Both the position numbers and the translations under genes were made by a program. A stretch of DNA of 64,000 nucleotides from Octopus sinensis. Lineage: Eukaryota. The notes below the pieces were generated by a model. That model was not told the DNA's origin. It saw only the letters and a program-made list of their open reading frames with translations, and did no database searches. Below, piece by piece: positions 62,758 to 64,000 of the stretch (position 1 is its first letter; the number at the start of each line of letters is the position of its first letter). Location of the stretch: positions 8,370,001 through 8,434,000 of the forward strand of contig NC_043025.1 in assembly GCF_006345805.1 (NCBI RefSeq), in the 5' to 3' direction.

Positions 62758-64000
62758 CAGGGTGGCCTGAAAAGTTCATAGGCTGACTATGAAGGAGTTA
62801 TGCTAGAGCTGTGAAATTTTGCACTAATTTCGACCCTTCCAGGGAAACCGATATCTAACTGTTCAAAGGGGACTTCAAAAGTAACTAGTTGCAGTGTCCC
62901 TTAAAAATGGACAAAATTTGGCATCGTCAGGTTATCGATTATGGACAGAAAGAGTTTAGCTCCCAAAGACGTTTATGGTGACATGGTGGCTGCAATAGAG
63001 GATGACACTCCAGCTTCATCAGTGCAAAAGTGGGCAGCTAAATTCAAGAGGGGAATGGAGAATCTTGAAGAGGATCCAAGATTTAGAGAAAATGATCCAA
63101 GATTTAGAGAAGATGATCCAAGATTTAGAGAGGATTATCCAAGATTTAGATAAGATTATCCAAGATTTAGATAAGATGATCCAAGATTTAGAGAAGATGA
63201 TCCAAGATTTAGAGAAGATGATCCGAGATTTAGAGAAGATTATCCAAGATTTAGATAAGATTATCCAAGATTTAGATAAGATTATCCAAGATTTAGATAA
63301 GATTATCCAAGATTTAGAGAGGATCCAAGATTTAGAGATGATCCAAGATTTAGATAAGATGATCCAAGATTTAGAGAAGATGATCCAAGATTTAGAGAAG
63401 ATTATCCGAGATTTAGAGAAGATTATCCGAGATTTAGAGAAGATGATCCGAGATTTAGAGAAGATGATCCGAGATTTAGAGAAGATGATCCGAGATTTAG
63501 AGAAGATGATCCGAGATTTAGATAAGATGATCCAAGATTTAGATAAGATTATCCAAGATTTAGAGATGATCCAAGATTTAGATAAGATGATCCAAGATTT
63601 AGAGAAGATGATCTGAGATTTAGAGAAGATTATCCGAGATTTAGAGAAGATTATCCGAGATTTAGAGAAGATGATCCGAGATTTAGAGAAGATGATCCGA
63701 GATTTAGAGATGATCCGAGATTTAGAGAAGATGATCCGAGATTTAGAGAAGACTATCCAAAATTTAGAGAGGATGATCCAAGATTTAGAGGGTGATCCAA
63801 GATTTAGAGAGGATGATCCAGGATTTAGAGATGATCCAAGATTTAGAGAGGACGATCCAAGATTTAGAGAAGATGATCCAAGTTTTAGACGTTCTGCAGT
63901 TGCCACAACTGAGGAAAACAACGATCATGTTTACCACATGGTGATGGATGTCAGGTGATTGACTGTAAATCAAATAGCCAATGGTATTAGCATATCCTGT
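62758..64000 (+). mobile_element. Mariner element 5' part (TIR-like end, frameshifted transposase N-terminus) carrying an internal minisatellite
   Basis: GGTGGCCTGAAAAGTTCATAGGCT end; ATG at 62907 gives MDKIWHRQVI, then after a frameshift LAPKDVYGDMVAAIEDDTPAS-SVQKWAAKFKRGMENLEEDPR[array]SAVATTEENNDHVYHMVMDVR*LTVNQIA, i.e. mariner HTH1-linker-HTH2. Confidence 0.88.
63067..63889 (+). repeat. 21-bp (some 18-bp) minisatellite GATCCAAGATTTAGAGAAGAT, about 40 copies
   Basis: Directly visible tandem array inside the mariner transposase coding sequence. Confidence 0.95.

Overview
Repeat-saturated animal genomic DNA, most likely an octopus or other coleoid cephalopod. That assignment is inferred from the tRNA-SINE, RTE and MITE families and the multi-kb TA/TG/CA microsatellites. 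One host gene is supported: six + strand coding exons of porcupine (PORCN, the Wnt O-palmitoleoyltransferase of the MBOAT family) at 35679-62649. Splice phases are consistent across all six exons, giving 304 codons, and the gene continues beyond the window. A probable 21-nt upstream micro-exon lies at 23961-23981. The rest is transposon-derived or simple repeat: three tRNA-head SINE families plus one further SINE, 5'-truncated RTE and CR1 LINEs, Penelope-like remnants, three mariner remnants, a Helitron and several MITEs. Almost all long ORFs in the supplied track are microsatellite or repeat artefacts. The most notable observations: a complete minimal type I hammerhead ribozyme core inside a perfect 146-bp inverted repeat in PORCN intron 3; the in-frame micro-exon; a possible decayed duplicate of exon 5; a ~40-copy 21-bp minisatellite grown out of a mariner transposase motif; and several families multimerised at fixed junctions.
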